Source: Chlorokybus atmophyticus (Eukaryota > Plantae > Mesostigma and Chlorokybus algae). Taken from it: a stretch of DNA of 64,000 nucleotides. The stretch covers positions 681,064 through 745,063 of the forward strand of contig RHPI01000797.1 in the NCBI GenBank assembly GCA_009103225.1, in the 5' to 3' direction. Below are positions 17,334-29,735 of this stretch, piece by piece (positions within the stretch are counted from its first letter, which is position 1; every line of letters begins with the position of its first letter). The notes beneath the pieces were generated by a model. That model had not been told where the DNA came from. It searched no databases and was given only the letters and a program-made list of their open reading frames with translations. A program made the translations under genes and the position numbers.

Positions 17334-17773
17334 CAGCCTTACCCTGTTATAAGAATCACGTTTATCCTACAGCATTGCATTCCACTAAAGGGGTAATTCT
17401 CTTTTTGCTCTTCAAAGAATTGTACTCTCTTAACGTTCAAGAGAACAACTATGCAATAAATGAGGGATTTTGTTGTTACCGTTATGCCACGGCATTACAT
17501 GCTGACGTGGCACCTATATTTATTCATGAAGTACACTTTAATCAAATAATGATCATATAATTTGTTTGTATCGAAAGTATGCTATTATTGAAGAGTTCCC
17601 TCGTTACAGGATTGGCCCGACTAGAATTTTTGAGTGAATTCTTTAGTCTTATTACGTAGGAGAATATTGTCTTAAGCTGCAGTATATGCATGTAGTACGA
17701 TCGGCCTTTTTAGACATCATGATCTTAACGGGGTTAATCTCTTGAACTGAAGTCTCTTAACGGTGTAAGACTG
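17334..17773. mobile_element. 440-bp AT-rich MITE with imperfect ~20-bp TIRs and TA flanks (Tc1/mariner/pogo type)
   Basis: Left TA|CAGCCTTACCCTGTTATAAGA. Right TCTTAACGGTGTAAGACTG|TA (reverse complement CAGTCTTACACCGTTAAGA). The interior is non-coding and AT-rich. Confidence 0.7.
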
Positions 17774-18479
17774 TAGTATACCTCGTTGCAGCATATGCAA
17801 TGCCACTGACGCGAGGTTTAAACATGCACCAAACATGCACACATGCAACCATGACAAGCACACAAGGTATAGCAATGCAACCACATTTATGAAAGCATGC
17901 ATTATCTCATAAGCACATTTAGTTGAAGAAGCGCACACTCAACCAAGGAAGTATAGTAACAAATTGCAAACAAGCAACCCATGAAGGGTTGGGCTATGCA
18001 TAGCCCACATATGTGCAAAGTGGTGGCAAAGGCATGACAGCTGTAGCAGCGTCCAGCGGCGGTGGTACCTGCAGACGCAAGAGAAGGAGGAGGAGGAGGA
18101 GGAGAAAGGTAAGTAGAGGTGAGACCACGAGGCATGCATGGCAAGGACGACCACGACCATGACGATGGCAACGCGCAGCCCCACGAATTGCCGCCGCCGG
18201 GGGCATCTTATCTCCTGTTCACGCAATGCACAAGCAAACTGATGCAAAGCGAAATGGCCGCAGGCGTTACGGCAGCGTAGTTATGCCATGTTGCAATACT
18301 TAGCAAGTCACAAAGTCATACAGAGCGAGTCGCACACAGTCACATACGACGGGCATTGTATGGACATGCTCCCCGCAGATCGTGCACCCATCTGTGCTCA
18401 CATGTACTCATCATTCGCTGGTAATCATAATGTGGTTTGCGATAAGACTGAACAGCTGTCGCCATGTGCCATCAACAAT

Positions 18480-20050
18480 GAAGCCAGGCTTAGTCCACAT
18501 GACAGCACGCAAGCACAAGGACAACCGCATCTTTTATAGCCCATGCCATGCATGTTCAAGCAACAAATGCATCTCCTGCAAAACGCCCTTTACATGTGCT
18601 TAACCGCATTAAACGTAAGCACTGAGATACCACCACATTAAGCTTGACATTGCGGGCAATGTTGGACTCCACATGTGGGCCCCTCATGACAGGGATGTTG
18701 GCAAACTTAGATTCTCCGGATTTGCTATATAACATGATACAGACACCCACATCAACAGTCTGAAAGATCTTCTTATCTTGATACGAGACCTGTGTGCCTT
18801 GTGCTGTCATAGCCAATGCTAGCATGTTCTGTGGATAGATACCACCAGCCAGAGCAGTGGCAAACCAAAAACATGACATGCGCAAATGCAGGCAAATCAG
18901 CAACAAGTCATCAACATAATGGACAATGCCAATGGCTATATACTACATTAACATTGGCCTATGCACCAAAACTTTCAACAAACGTAGCCAGTTCAACTTA
19001 ACGGAGGAGGTTGTTGACAAGTTGCTGAGATAGACCCCCGCGTTGTTGCCCATCGGGATGCCTATGACTTGCTTGTGCAACCTGTCAGCTGCATCTGGGA
19101 CATACAATTTGCGCACAACGTATGTCAGCAAGACATGCAAAGCATCCGGTGTGAACACTTTCATTGCCGGGCAAACTTTGCTGTTCAGCCATCCCTACAG
19201 TCTCAACTGCCCACCTATGCTCACTTTGCCATTAAGCATAGATATATGCAGAATGGTGACACATGACGAACTCAATCATCAACAACATCACCACAAGGCT
19301 ATATGGACAAGTAGCAAGCAAGTTTGCAAGCATTCATCAAAAACCGCACACAAGTTCAATACTGACAGCCCGGCTGTAACAGTTGCAAGCAAGAACAGCA
19401 ATAGCAACAGCAAAAGCAATGGGCTGGCTCGGGCCCTGAAGCATTAAACTTTGTTGAACAATTGCAAGCAATGCAAGCACGAGCGTAGAGGCAAAGGAGC
19501 AGGCTAAGGAGGAGGTAGGCAGGCAGGCACTAGCAGCGGTGAAGACCGCTGGCATATGGGACACAAGCGCCATGCGTTAGCAATTGCCAAGTGCGGACAG
19601 TGCCAGTTGTGGCGGCACTTGTGTCATGTTGGTAAAGGACTTGAGCTAAGTTGTCTTGGGATATGAATATATGCAGGGCAATGACAGGTTGTGGGCTGGT
19701 TGCAGGCATGAGGTAGTTGGATTTGCTTGTGGAAGCATATTCAGACAATAATGTCTGTTGGGTTCTGTGATGGGAAGGTAGATGAGGAAGTTCTCAAGTG
19801 AGGGGAAGTGCATTTGGCGAGCTATAGTCAGTGTAACCGGACATTTGTGTAACCCCGATTTGGTGGGTGTATTCGGGGCTTTTTTGGGAGTTGTGAGTGG
19901 AGAAGGACTGATGGAAGTAGTGGGCAGTCCTTGTGGCAGTCATGAGCTGATCATGGAGACAATCTACTCAATATTAAAGGCGTGGATTGGAGCTGGAGCT
20001 GGAGGAGAGCAAGTGCAAGTAGCTTTGACCATGGTCTAGTGCATTTTTAA
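18480..20050 (-). mobile_element. Degenerate Penelope-like retroelement reverse transcriptase
   Basis: Motifs in the correct order on the minus strand: possible GLHKCPV (~19850), KQVIGIPMGNNAGVYLSNL (GIPMG 19062-19048), HYVDDLLLI (YVDD 18918-18907), and a thumb-like GPHVESNIARNVKLNVVVSQCLRLMRLS followed by a frameshifted HGMGYK. Stops and frameshifts throughout. Confidence 0.7.
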
Positions 20051-20405
20051 TTGGTTGTCCTAGATTAAGACATGTGTTATTGAGTTGTTCATTGTACAAG
20101 TAGTATGACTGAACAGATGTAGCTATCTGGTCAGCAAGTTACCATACCAAGTTACAAGTGCCATACAAGTGCCACAACACCAGTGCAATACATCTTCGTG
20201 TGTTGTATGCAATTGGTGCCCTAGCTGAGATTGTTGTTGTGTGAGTGTGTGATTGGCACATACCATCGTGCCCTGCTCAGCACGTACATCTACAAGGAGG
20301 TCATCATTATCAATCTCGTATAGACTGTTCACTTGCTAATCAGATCCAGGGACTTCGGTGGTTGGTAAGATCGGTGTGTGGTTGACGAGATAGTGAGTAG
20401 GTAGC

Positions 20406-21560
20406 ATGGCTAGAGTGTTTAATCTCGTAGAGGATGACACTAGCAGCACCAACACATCATTGTCATTTGGTGGGAGGCCAGGAACATTGTCGTTAAGGGA
20501 GTTTAATGTGAAGTTCAAGGCTGAGTATTTGCAATGGGAGACACGAGACCGATCATGAATAGAGGAGAAGACATTCCGACTTATCTCATGATACTTGAAG
20601 CACGAGGCATACACCGTTTCAAACGGTGCTCGTAAGTTAAGGGCAAACGTCACCGAAAGGGAGCTTGCAGCAGCTGGCACAGTGGAGGAACGCGTGTTAA
20701 GGTCGGGAGGAGCGCCGGCATCGACAACATCAGCTATGGAGAATATCTACAAGAGGTTGAAGGAAGTATTCAAGCCCATGACAGCTGAAAAGATCAAGGA
20801 GCTGATTCTATTTCGGAGGAGAGAGGGCGAGACACCCAAGATAATGTACATGAGGATGTACCAACTGGTAAGGACACGGGGTACTCAATCTTGAAGGACA
20901 AGGCAGCCGCGATCATCTATGTGGAGCAGCTGGAGCGACACCTATTAAAGGAGGCGAAGATTGCTATGGCGGGACAAGGATTGTTGAAGGAGTACTCGTT
21001 GCAACATGCGTTTGAGATGGCGGAAGCGGTGCAGCACGCGGTGGAGTATTAGAGGACTATCCTAGCTCTGAACACAGGGGAGACCAGAAACAAGGACATG
21101 AAGTAACCACTGACGATCACGGTGAGGGTGGTGATGGCGATGACGACACCAACGGGGCGGAGCTGCTACACGTGCGGTGCAGCCGACCACATTCAACGCG
21201 ATTGTCCGAGGAGGGGCAGCAGCTCAAGGGAGGCTCAAGTTGATCGGTGTGGACACTGCGGGAAGACAGGCCACATGATGGATGAGTGTTGGAGCAAGCA
21301 TCCGGAGCTGAGACCAAGTGCGGGACGAAGACGAGCGGGGCGGATGCCGATGCAGCAGGTGATGATGGCGCGAGGGAGTGCCGCGGACACGACGCCGACG
21401 ATGGAGGCAGTCACGACCAGCAACGAGGCTTCGGCGGAGGCCGCGGTGTTGCGCCACGCAGTGAAGGAGTTGAAGGCGGCTTTGGAGCAGCTGCAGACGC
21501 GGATGCAAGGCATGCCATTCGAGTACGAAGCTTACTTGGTGTGGCTAACACGGCGCGCAG
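20406..21560 (+). mobile_element. Degenerate retrotransposon gag with two CCHC zinc knuckles
   Basis: CYTCGAADHIQRDC and CGHCGKTGHMMDEC. The upstream frame from ATG 20406 (FGGRPGTLSLREFNVKFK...) is broken by in-frame TGA codons and a frameshift near 20880. No pol or LTR pair recognised. Confidence 0.75.
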
Positions 21561-23111
21561 CTGACGCGGTTGGCGAGCTCGTGCCCGACAAGGGGGGTGA
21601 CTGCAACACGCGCGAGGAGCTTGTTCGGACCAGCACGGAGGTGTTGAAGGTTGAGGAAAAAGTGCAGGTGTGTCATGTGAAGACCATAACTACCCCACCG
21701 TGTTGGTCATGCATGCACTTCCAGTGGCAGATGCAATCACCTGCACAACGGCCTTTGATCAGCGGCCCGATCCTTGGCGCGGCAGCAACAGCGGCAGCAG
21801 ACTCAACGGACTCCCCCTTCTCCTCCGCCCACGTCACCGCCTCCACCCACAACTGCGTCGCACATCCGGCTGCGACTGTGTTGTTAGGGTGTGCGCCCAT
21901 TGGCGCGCAGCATGCATGCGCACTGCACGCCGCACTTCCTTTCGCAATGCCATCACTGCGTCGTGTGCGTCACGTGTGATGCATGGTGTGAACATGCATG
22001 TTGTGAACAGCCTCGTACTTATCCTGTACACAGCCTCGTGCTTATTCTGTACATTGTCTGCAAACCATTCATGCTGGCTCAGCAGCATACCCCTTCTATA
22101 CAATGCCGAGTGCAATTGCCACGCATAGTACCAGGCACGGCATGCAAGCATGCATTGCGCCAGTGCTCGAGCCAAAGATGTAACAGAAGGCAACTTACGA
22201 GGCTAGCCTCGCGCAATGGCATTGACAACTATGTGCACAAAGGCATAAGCACCCAACCCCACCACCCAACCCCACCAGCAGCACCTAACTGCCACCAACC
22301 TCTGACTGCCAACGCCACCACTACCACCCTGCACTGTGCGGTGCAGTGCTGACGTTGGCACTGCACCGCAAGGATTGGGGTAGAGTACCGGCCAAGGAAG
22401 CAGCATGAGCTGCAGAGCGGAGAGTGGCGGGAGAGAGGGAGAGCAGGAGGGAGTCGTCGTGTTTGCTGTGGACTTGCTTGCCGTTAACACCAGCGACTAA
22501 CAGCAGCCCATGTGGGCATGTGCATGCATGTCTAACGGGGAAGGCTAGTTGGTGTAGAGTAGCGTAGTAGAATAGCCCGGTGGCAACAACGGTGAGATGT
22601 ATACTAATGTGAGCGACATGCTAGAGTGATATGCTTATTGCATGCGTGTGCACAACAGCGCGTCATATATATCCTGTACACTTCAAGCCAGGTCCCGAGT
22701 TCCCGAGTTTGGTTTGTGCATGCTTATGGATTGTGAGAGAACACAAGTGCAAGGGTAATTGTCAGCACATCTAACTTGCGGTAGCCCAAGTTTTGCACCA
22801 TTCTTGCTCAAATACTGTGTCCTTGTACTTGTGTTGGTGTGCGACACACTACCAAGCATGTCTGGTTGCGTGTATGCGTATGTGCTAGCATCATTGCACC
22901 ACTTGCTTTCGCACACAACCACTTATCCAGCGACTCCACCAGGTTACTTTACCCTCCAGTCTTATCAACAGCCTTGCATTTTTGGTGTGCCGGTAAGGTC
23001 GTGGCAGCAGCCTTGTTGATGCAGGTGCCATTACGCCTCAGTGCTGATTTGAGCTGGCTTGAGGCACGAGGCGCATGCATGGGACAGGCCATGAACATGC
23101 GTATGCCTTGG

Positions 23112-24880
23112 TCAGGCTCCAGGACGCTGTAATCGCTGGCGCTCCAACTCCAGCTGTGACAACACCGTTGTCAGAAGCAATGGAAGTAACAATGCAGCAT
23201 GTGAACATAGTTGAACGAACTGCTGACCAGCCAAAGGAAAGCGTTCTGGCCGCACCACACAATCATCCACCAACGCATAGTTGCGATGAGCAAAGGCACA
23301 TCAAGCAACATGTCAACCGTTCCTCTGTGCAACTAATGCTCTTTTGCAAGCACTTGCTGCATGCAAACAAGCGCGCAAAATGCGACTGAAGAAGGCTACA
23401 ACCCAGCTCTACATCTGTTCAAATCAACGTTCAGAAACACTGCACTCAAGCGTTGGTGTTTATGAAGACTGGTCCAACTCAAGCAGCCACGTGCTGGTTG
23501 CTTGATAGATAGAGAACTTGCTAACACCTGCTCGAGAAGAATGATCCAAACCAAGACCCATGCATCGCAACGGGCAGTTTGTGGTGTGACAGACCAATGA
23601 ATACATGCTAGCTGCTGCTGCTTCTGCATATTCATTCCCACTTACCACTTTTCGCACACGCGCCAGAGTGCCGGACGGCCCTCCAGAGCACGACTCGGCT
23701 GTGTACGGGCTCTGAATGCGCACCTCGTCCATGACCACTATGGTGGTCTGCTCCCAACGCACTGGCAGACTACCACCACACGCAACAAACCTCAGCCGGC
23801 ATGCATGCGCACAACTAGGGACATGACACACACATACGCGTGCGCGCGCATGCAGGCACTCTCCAAGTTATCCAACAACGCAAGAAAGCAAGATCTTGCT
23901 GTTGGTTGCACTTACGTCTTTGACAATGCGTCAAAAACCTCTTGCGCTTCTGACGTTACATTGACACCAAAACGCTCCGCCTCCACCTCTGCTTGCCTGC
24001 AAGTAAGGTACAGCATCCTCAGCATCACTAGGGCCAATCAAATGCTCCAACACAAGAATATAAGCCGCAGTCACTCCATGCAAGGCTTCAAGACTTGCAT
24101 GAACTTCATTTACACAGACTGTTGGTTTGCGCCTAGTCATATTTATCATGCGTTGCAAACTCTCTTGCTAGCTAGGCATGACGTGCAAACAAACCAACAT
24201 GATACGTATCGATGGTACATATTGCTGTTTATGCAAATATTATATTAAGATACGCACCTCACAGCAGCTTTTTCCCGCTGACGCAACCTGTTTATGTCCA
24301 TAGCAGGGACCCGCAAGTTGACGGGCTCCACTGGCGCGGACAGCATGGTCACCTCCTTAATGAAGTTCGCCTTGAGTATGCGCATGTTTTTTGTGCCGGG
24401 CTTGCTGCCTGCATCCTGTGCTGTGGCAGTTAAGGGCATACACGCACAACGGCGCTGAAGGGCTTGTGCTGGACAGTGGAGCTTGCAAGAGAGAGACAGC
24501 AGCAACTCAACTGCAACCCGTTTAGCCTGAAAACAGTCTGGTATTCCTCTTGCGCAGCATCAGCCCCATCAATGCATCTTGTATACTGCAACACGAAGTG
24601 TGTGTGTTCTAGACGAGTGCGCCAAGCTACAAGCTACAAGTGGAACTTGCCACTACTGACGTCAGATATGACAAGCAGAAAACATGGCTGGCAAGCATGT
24701 GCATGATCTTAATGAGCGTAGGGCACAAAAACGGATCTACTGTAAAGGGCGGATATGAAGCACAAGGCAGTTGGTGGACTTGTCGAAGGTGAAGACTTCC
24801 CCCTGGATGTCGTCGCCCAGGGTGGTCTTGACGGCCACCCTGCAGCCCACCATCCAGTCTCCTCCAGCTCCAGCCTCCAT
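23112..24880 (-). CDS. LSM12: LSM12 homolog (Lsm domain + anticodon-binding AD domain), 5 exons
   Basis: MVGCRVAVKTTLGDDIQGEVFTFDKSTNCLVL|QDAGSKPGTKNMRILKANFIKEV..PAMDINRLRQREKAAVR|QAEVEAERFGVNVTSEAQEVFDALSKT|LPVRWEQTTIVVMDEVRIQSPY..LARVRKV|LELERQRLQRPGA*. Confidence 0.92.
24418..24756 (-). other. U12-type (minor spliceosome) AT-AC intron, LSM12 intron 1, 339 nt
   Basis: 5' end |ATATCCGC; branch CCTTAAC ending 11 nt before the 3' splice site; 3' end CAC|. Only this junction restores VLQDAG in frame. Confidence 0.88.
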
Positions 24881-25432
24881 CCTCCCCGCCTTCAGCACGT
24901 CTTTTGCCAATTAACCCCTGTGCTCAGGCTGCTGGGTTCTGGTTGCTCAATTCAACGCTGCGCCGCACCCCGCCAGCAGCCTGCTTGATGAGGCCACCTC
25001 CGTCAGGCCGCAGCGTCCGCCTTCTCCACGCCTCCGGCTCCGACGCTTCCCTCCCATCCCGATGTGGGGGGGAACCGGGAAGGGGGGGATCCAACAACCA
25101 CTGAAACAACCCTTTCCTCCCTTACCTCGCCCGCCACGCCCCCGCCCACATCGCCACCCACGCCGCCGTCCCGTTGCTTTGGCGCCAAAGACCCTAGCAC
25201 ACAAACAGACGCCGGTTAGCGCACGGCTAAGGCTTAACCGCCATTCTCTGCTGGATTGCGCGTTTTCACAGTCAATTGCGGCGTCCAATTTGCAATACCG
25301 TTCAAAGTCAAAGTTAGTTGACAGCAGTTGTGAGGACCACTACGGCTGGGGCACAGGCGGCGGCGGCAGAGGAGGAGGAGGCGGAGGTGGACGGGGAGGT
25401 AGAGGAGGAGCTGGTCGTGCAAGAGGTCACGG

Positions 25433-28400
25433 ATGGCGTCCGCCTCCGTGATCTCGCAGTTCTTCATTCTTTCACCGCGTGGCGACACCATCATCTCCCG
25501 AGACTGTAAGCAAGCTGCACTGTTCACATCTTTCAAGCTTGTAATGGAATAGCAAACCTTGACGCTGCTTTCTTTTTATCCAGAAAGGCTATAGTATAAT
25601 TCGCGCAAAAGCCATGCACAGCATCATGGAAATGGACACTGTTGTCTTCGTCTGCTCAGTCATTAGTGCTGTCAGGACTTCATGCGTCACAGTGATCATT
25701 CAGTTTTGATTTGCGATAGGCTGTTTGGTTGATGGGCATTGCTGTGTCAACACTTTGGGTTCATCTGCTGTATTCAAGGATGCAACTGTGCCAATGATAC
25801 TGCATGAGACTGTGCCTTGAATTTGTTGCAAACTGGGTGAGTGTCTGTGCATTGTTGGCGATCGCAGGTCATGTTTGGTTACTCTGATCATGACGACACA
25901 ACTATGCTGTTGTGCTTTTGCTAATAGCTCAAGTGGTGCATCCGCTTGGCAATTGTTGTATCATCCTTCCTCACCCAACTCAGTACTTTTACTGCATGCA
26001 TAGCAACTATCATCCCCCACAACAGATAGAGGGGACATCCCGCGCTCAAGCTCCGAAGTCTTTTTCCGCAAAGTCAAGTTTTGGCACGCTGACACCGGCG
26101 AAGAAGCCCCACCCGTCTTTGTAAGCGTCACTTTGCATGCATTCACGTAGCTGTCAGTGCATGCATGTCTCTCTGTGTGTGCACTCGCATGTGGGTGTTT
26201 GCAAGCGTACTCTGTACACATGTGTGCGCACAACGCGTGCGTACATGTCTTTGTGTTGATGTGCGCGCATGCACATGTGCGTACGTCAACTCCAAGTGCC
26301 TGTGTACCCAGCGGATACACAGGTGCCTGTGTGTACGCTCGTAGACAAGCACGTGTATGTTGACTCGTTGTTAAGTCGCCTTGTAAGTCTTTTATCCTTT
26401 TCATGAGCAGATTGTGGATGGCGTGCACTACCTGCACGTGAAGTTGTCCAACTTGTTGCTCGCGGCCACAACGCGGGCCAACGTGTCTCCGTCGCTGATT
26501 CTGGAGCTGCTCAACCGCATGGCTGGTGTCATCAAAGACTACTGCGGGGTCCTCTCCGAAGACGCCATCCGCAACAACTTCGTGCTGGTGTACGAGCTTC
26601 TTGACGAGATCATCGTGAGTGAGTTTTACCACTTGCATGGCAGTGTCTTGTTCATCTTGCAGCAACTCTGACAGCGACTAGGACTTGTGCTGTAATGTTC
26701 GCACAATCTATCCTAATCATCTAGTTGGGGATTGCAAGTGAGGGCGTGTGTGTATGGCAGTCGCTGCACACAATGCAAAGGGTTATATTAGGCTGGTCAG
26801 TGTATGTTGTGGAACATGGCTGTTCGTATCATATGATGGGTTGTTTGTGATTAGACGAGGTGACGCTATCCATTGCTAACTATTCACTGCTGACTGATGA
26901 GAAATTATAGCAAGCAGTGCTGTATGTTTGATGTGGGTATGTGTGCCGCAGGATTTTGGGTACCCGCAGACGACTTCAACAGAGGCGCTCAAGGCATACG
27001 TGTTCAACGAGCCCGTGCCAGCAGAGCCCCCTCCTAAGCTGCCCGCCGCTGCGGCAGGCATATTCAATGTACAGCTGGCTTTTGTGTATCACCGAATGAA
27101 AACACTTCTTGCGTGCATTCTTACTGGACACTTTCGGCCCTTTTCTAATTTTTATCCTGTTTGTCAGCAATTGAAAAACAGAGCGCCGGTGACGGCCGTG
27201 ACCAAGTCGGTCATCGCCAACGAGCCTTCGGGGAAGAAGCGGGAGGAGATCTTTGTCGATGTCATCGAGAGACTTTCCATCACATTCAACTCTTCAGTAC
27301 GGACACTTGCAAACCTCATGTGTGCATATATGTACTACAAACCTTGTGAGTATGTCACCAAGCCCTCTGTCCATGCAGGGCTACATTATGACATCGGAAG
27401 TGGACGGGATGATACAGATGAAGAGCTATCTCTCCGACAACCCTGAAGTCAGGATCGCTTTGAACGACGACCTCGTGGTTGGGAAGTCATCGCGAGGTTA
27501 GAGTTGTTTTCTTTCCGGCAGCACAACCTGCTTGACACAAGCACACGTAGCCAACACATGTGCGGTGGTTGCTTGGCTCCTGCTTTGCCCAATTGCTCTG
27601 TTATTAACATATTGCGCCATCTAAGGGCGTCCAGGTACTACATAATGTAGTGGCCAAGTACTCAAGTTGAGTGCCTAGTAAAGTTGGCTTACACAGTTTA
27701 TGTTGTGGAAGTGCTTGTTGTCAACTCCCACTTGCAGAGTCTATGTGACCAATTAGTAAGCGTGCAGGTGCTCAGGTTCTCACCTAAGTCAGTGTAGGGT
27801 ACAGGAGTTACTGAACATCAACATAGTATATGTGTAATTCAGTGTGTTGATGAGTACGCAACAGGATAGAGCTCTAGCCCAACCAACGTTATTGTGTGGA
27901 CAGGGCCTGCGTGGAGTTCGGCTGGAGGGGTTGTGGCGCTTGACGACTGCAATTTTCATGAAAGCGTGCGTCTGGATAGCTTTGAAACCGAACGAATTAT
28001 CGCTCTGGTATGCCTCAACTGCCCACAGTGGCCCCCTGCTCTGTGAGTAGCAGATGGCGTTCTGCTGATTGCATATAATGCTTGCTTTGCATCAGTACCC
28101 ACCCGATGGAGAGTTTGCCGTAATGAACTACCGCATCACGCAAGAGGTGAAGCCGCCGTTTAGGATATACCCTCATATAACCGAGGCGGGCGACTTCAAG
28201 GTACAGGAATGTAGTTTCGTTTGTCTTTGGTGGTGCGCGTTGACTTGGTAGCGCAGCATTCAGCTCACATTGCGCTGTTCGCCTCAGTTTGATGTGGTGA
28301 TCACCCTGCAAGCAGACTTTCCCTCCGCACACGCAGCTGCTGGCGTGATTGTGCGCATACCCATGCCCAAGACCACAACAAGGTGGATTAAGATGGCAAT

Positions 28401-29072
28401 GCAAAGTATGGGCTTGGAACAGCCGCTGGCATGTGTGTTGACATATTTGTTATGGTGTCCTTAACCTTAACTGTTCATGTACTGGCCTTTAGGGTGAGCT
28501 GCGATACTGGCGGTGCGTCTGGCCAACGGACGGAGTTCAAGGAGGCGACTAAAGTTGTGGAATGGGAGTTTAAGAAGGTTGGTTACCATCCAGTGCACTG
28601 GCATACAAGTGCTGGTCTTTATGACAAACACCTTGATCATGTGTTCGAGCAGGCACAGGGCGGGTCTGAACACTCATTGCGCATCAAAGCGACAAGCAGT
28701 CAGCAAAACACCGGTACGCTGTTGTTGTTCGCCTAGAAGCTTGTGTAACAGCTCTATCGACTGCTGTTGACAACCTGTCTGTCAATTTTGCATGCAGCGA
28801 ATGTGAAGAAAGAAATAGGGCCCATCAGCATGAACTTCTCAATACCCATGTACAGCGTGTCCAACTTGCAGGTGAGATTGACTGCAAGCGCTTTGGTATT
28901 AGTGTTATTGGCAGGTTGTGGCTGTGCACATTAGTCTGGGAAGGGACACAAGCGATGGTCGTGTTGCTGGCAGGTGCGGTATTTGCAGATAATGAAGAGA
29001 TCCAAGAACTACAACCCTTACAGATGGGTGCGATACGTCACAATGACCAGCTCCTATGTGTGCAGACTGTAA
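25433..29072 (+). CDS. AP4M1: AP-4 complex subunit mu (13 exons)
   Basis: [132 protein letters not shown]. All junctions are GT-AG. Confidence 0.95.
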
Positions 29073-29735
29073 AGTAACGATGTTGTAGTGTTGACTGCTG
29101 TTTGTGCACTGACCATCGGTTTGGCAACGGTGTGGCAGCTCTGTGCAATTGGTGTATGGCTGTTATTCGTTGTCCAGTCATATGTTTGTTCAGACCAATA
29201 GCTGGGGCAAGCGCATAAACTGCAGTTTTTCTGCGCATTGTTGCTTGGCTTTATGCACGCACAATATGCAACCACCACATTGCGATGTGTTTGCTATAAC
29301 CAAAGCTTGGCACCACTGGTGCACCAGTCCTTTTGCGACCGGTGTGGACTGAAAGCCAGTGTCGTGAGGAGGCCGCCAGTTCCAACTTCTTATGTGGAGT
29401 GCAACCTGGGGTTAGAGGCAATAATCTTCTACAAGCTGGTAAGGTACTGTAGTTACATTGTTCCGGATGGTAGCGGGTGCACTGCTGCTTGTGGTGCTTC
29501 ACATTGAACCCTGCATTTACCACAAGCAATACTTACGTGCGACGGATTGTGCTATGCTGCACCATGTTGCATTTACACAGTGTAGCGAAGACATGGATTG
29601 TATACATGGCAGTCTTGGGCGCATGCGCTATTGCTTGTATTGTGGCGCGAAGCAGTGCATTCATTGTCTGGTATGCGTATGCATGTGTCTTGCCACAGAT
29701 AAGCTGCCCTTGCTTGCAAACAATGTACTCACCTC

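Noticed and set aside
17682-17798. P1BS-like GNATATNC sites upstream of PHO1 (17682, 17791)
   Set aside because: GCATATGC-type words recur in unrelated introns here (e.g. ~35548, ~35883), so they are uninformative; the first site also lies inside the MITE.
17780-20400. Hammerhead ribozyme expected near a Penelope-like element
   Set aside because: No CTGA(N)GA...GAAA core with pairing stems found by eye; an Infernal search would be needed.
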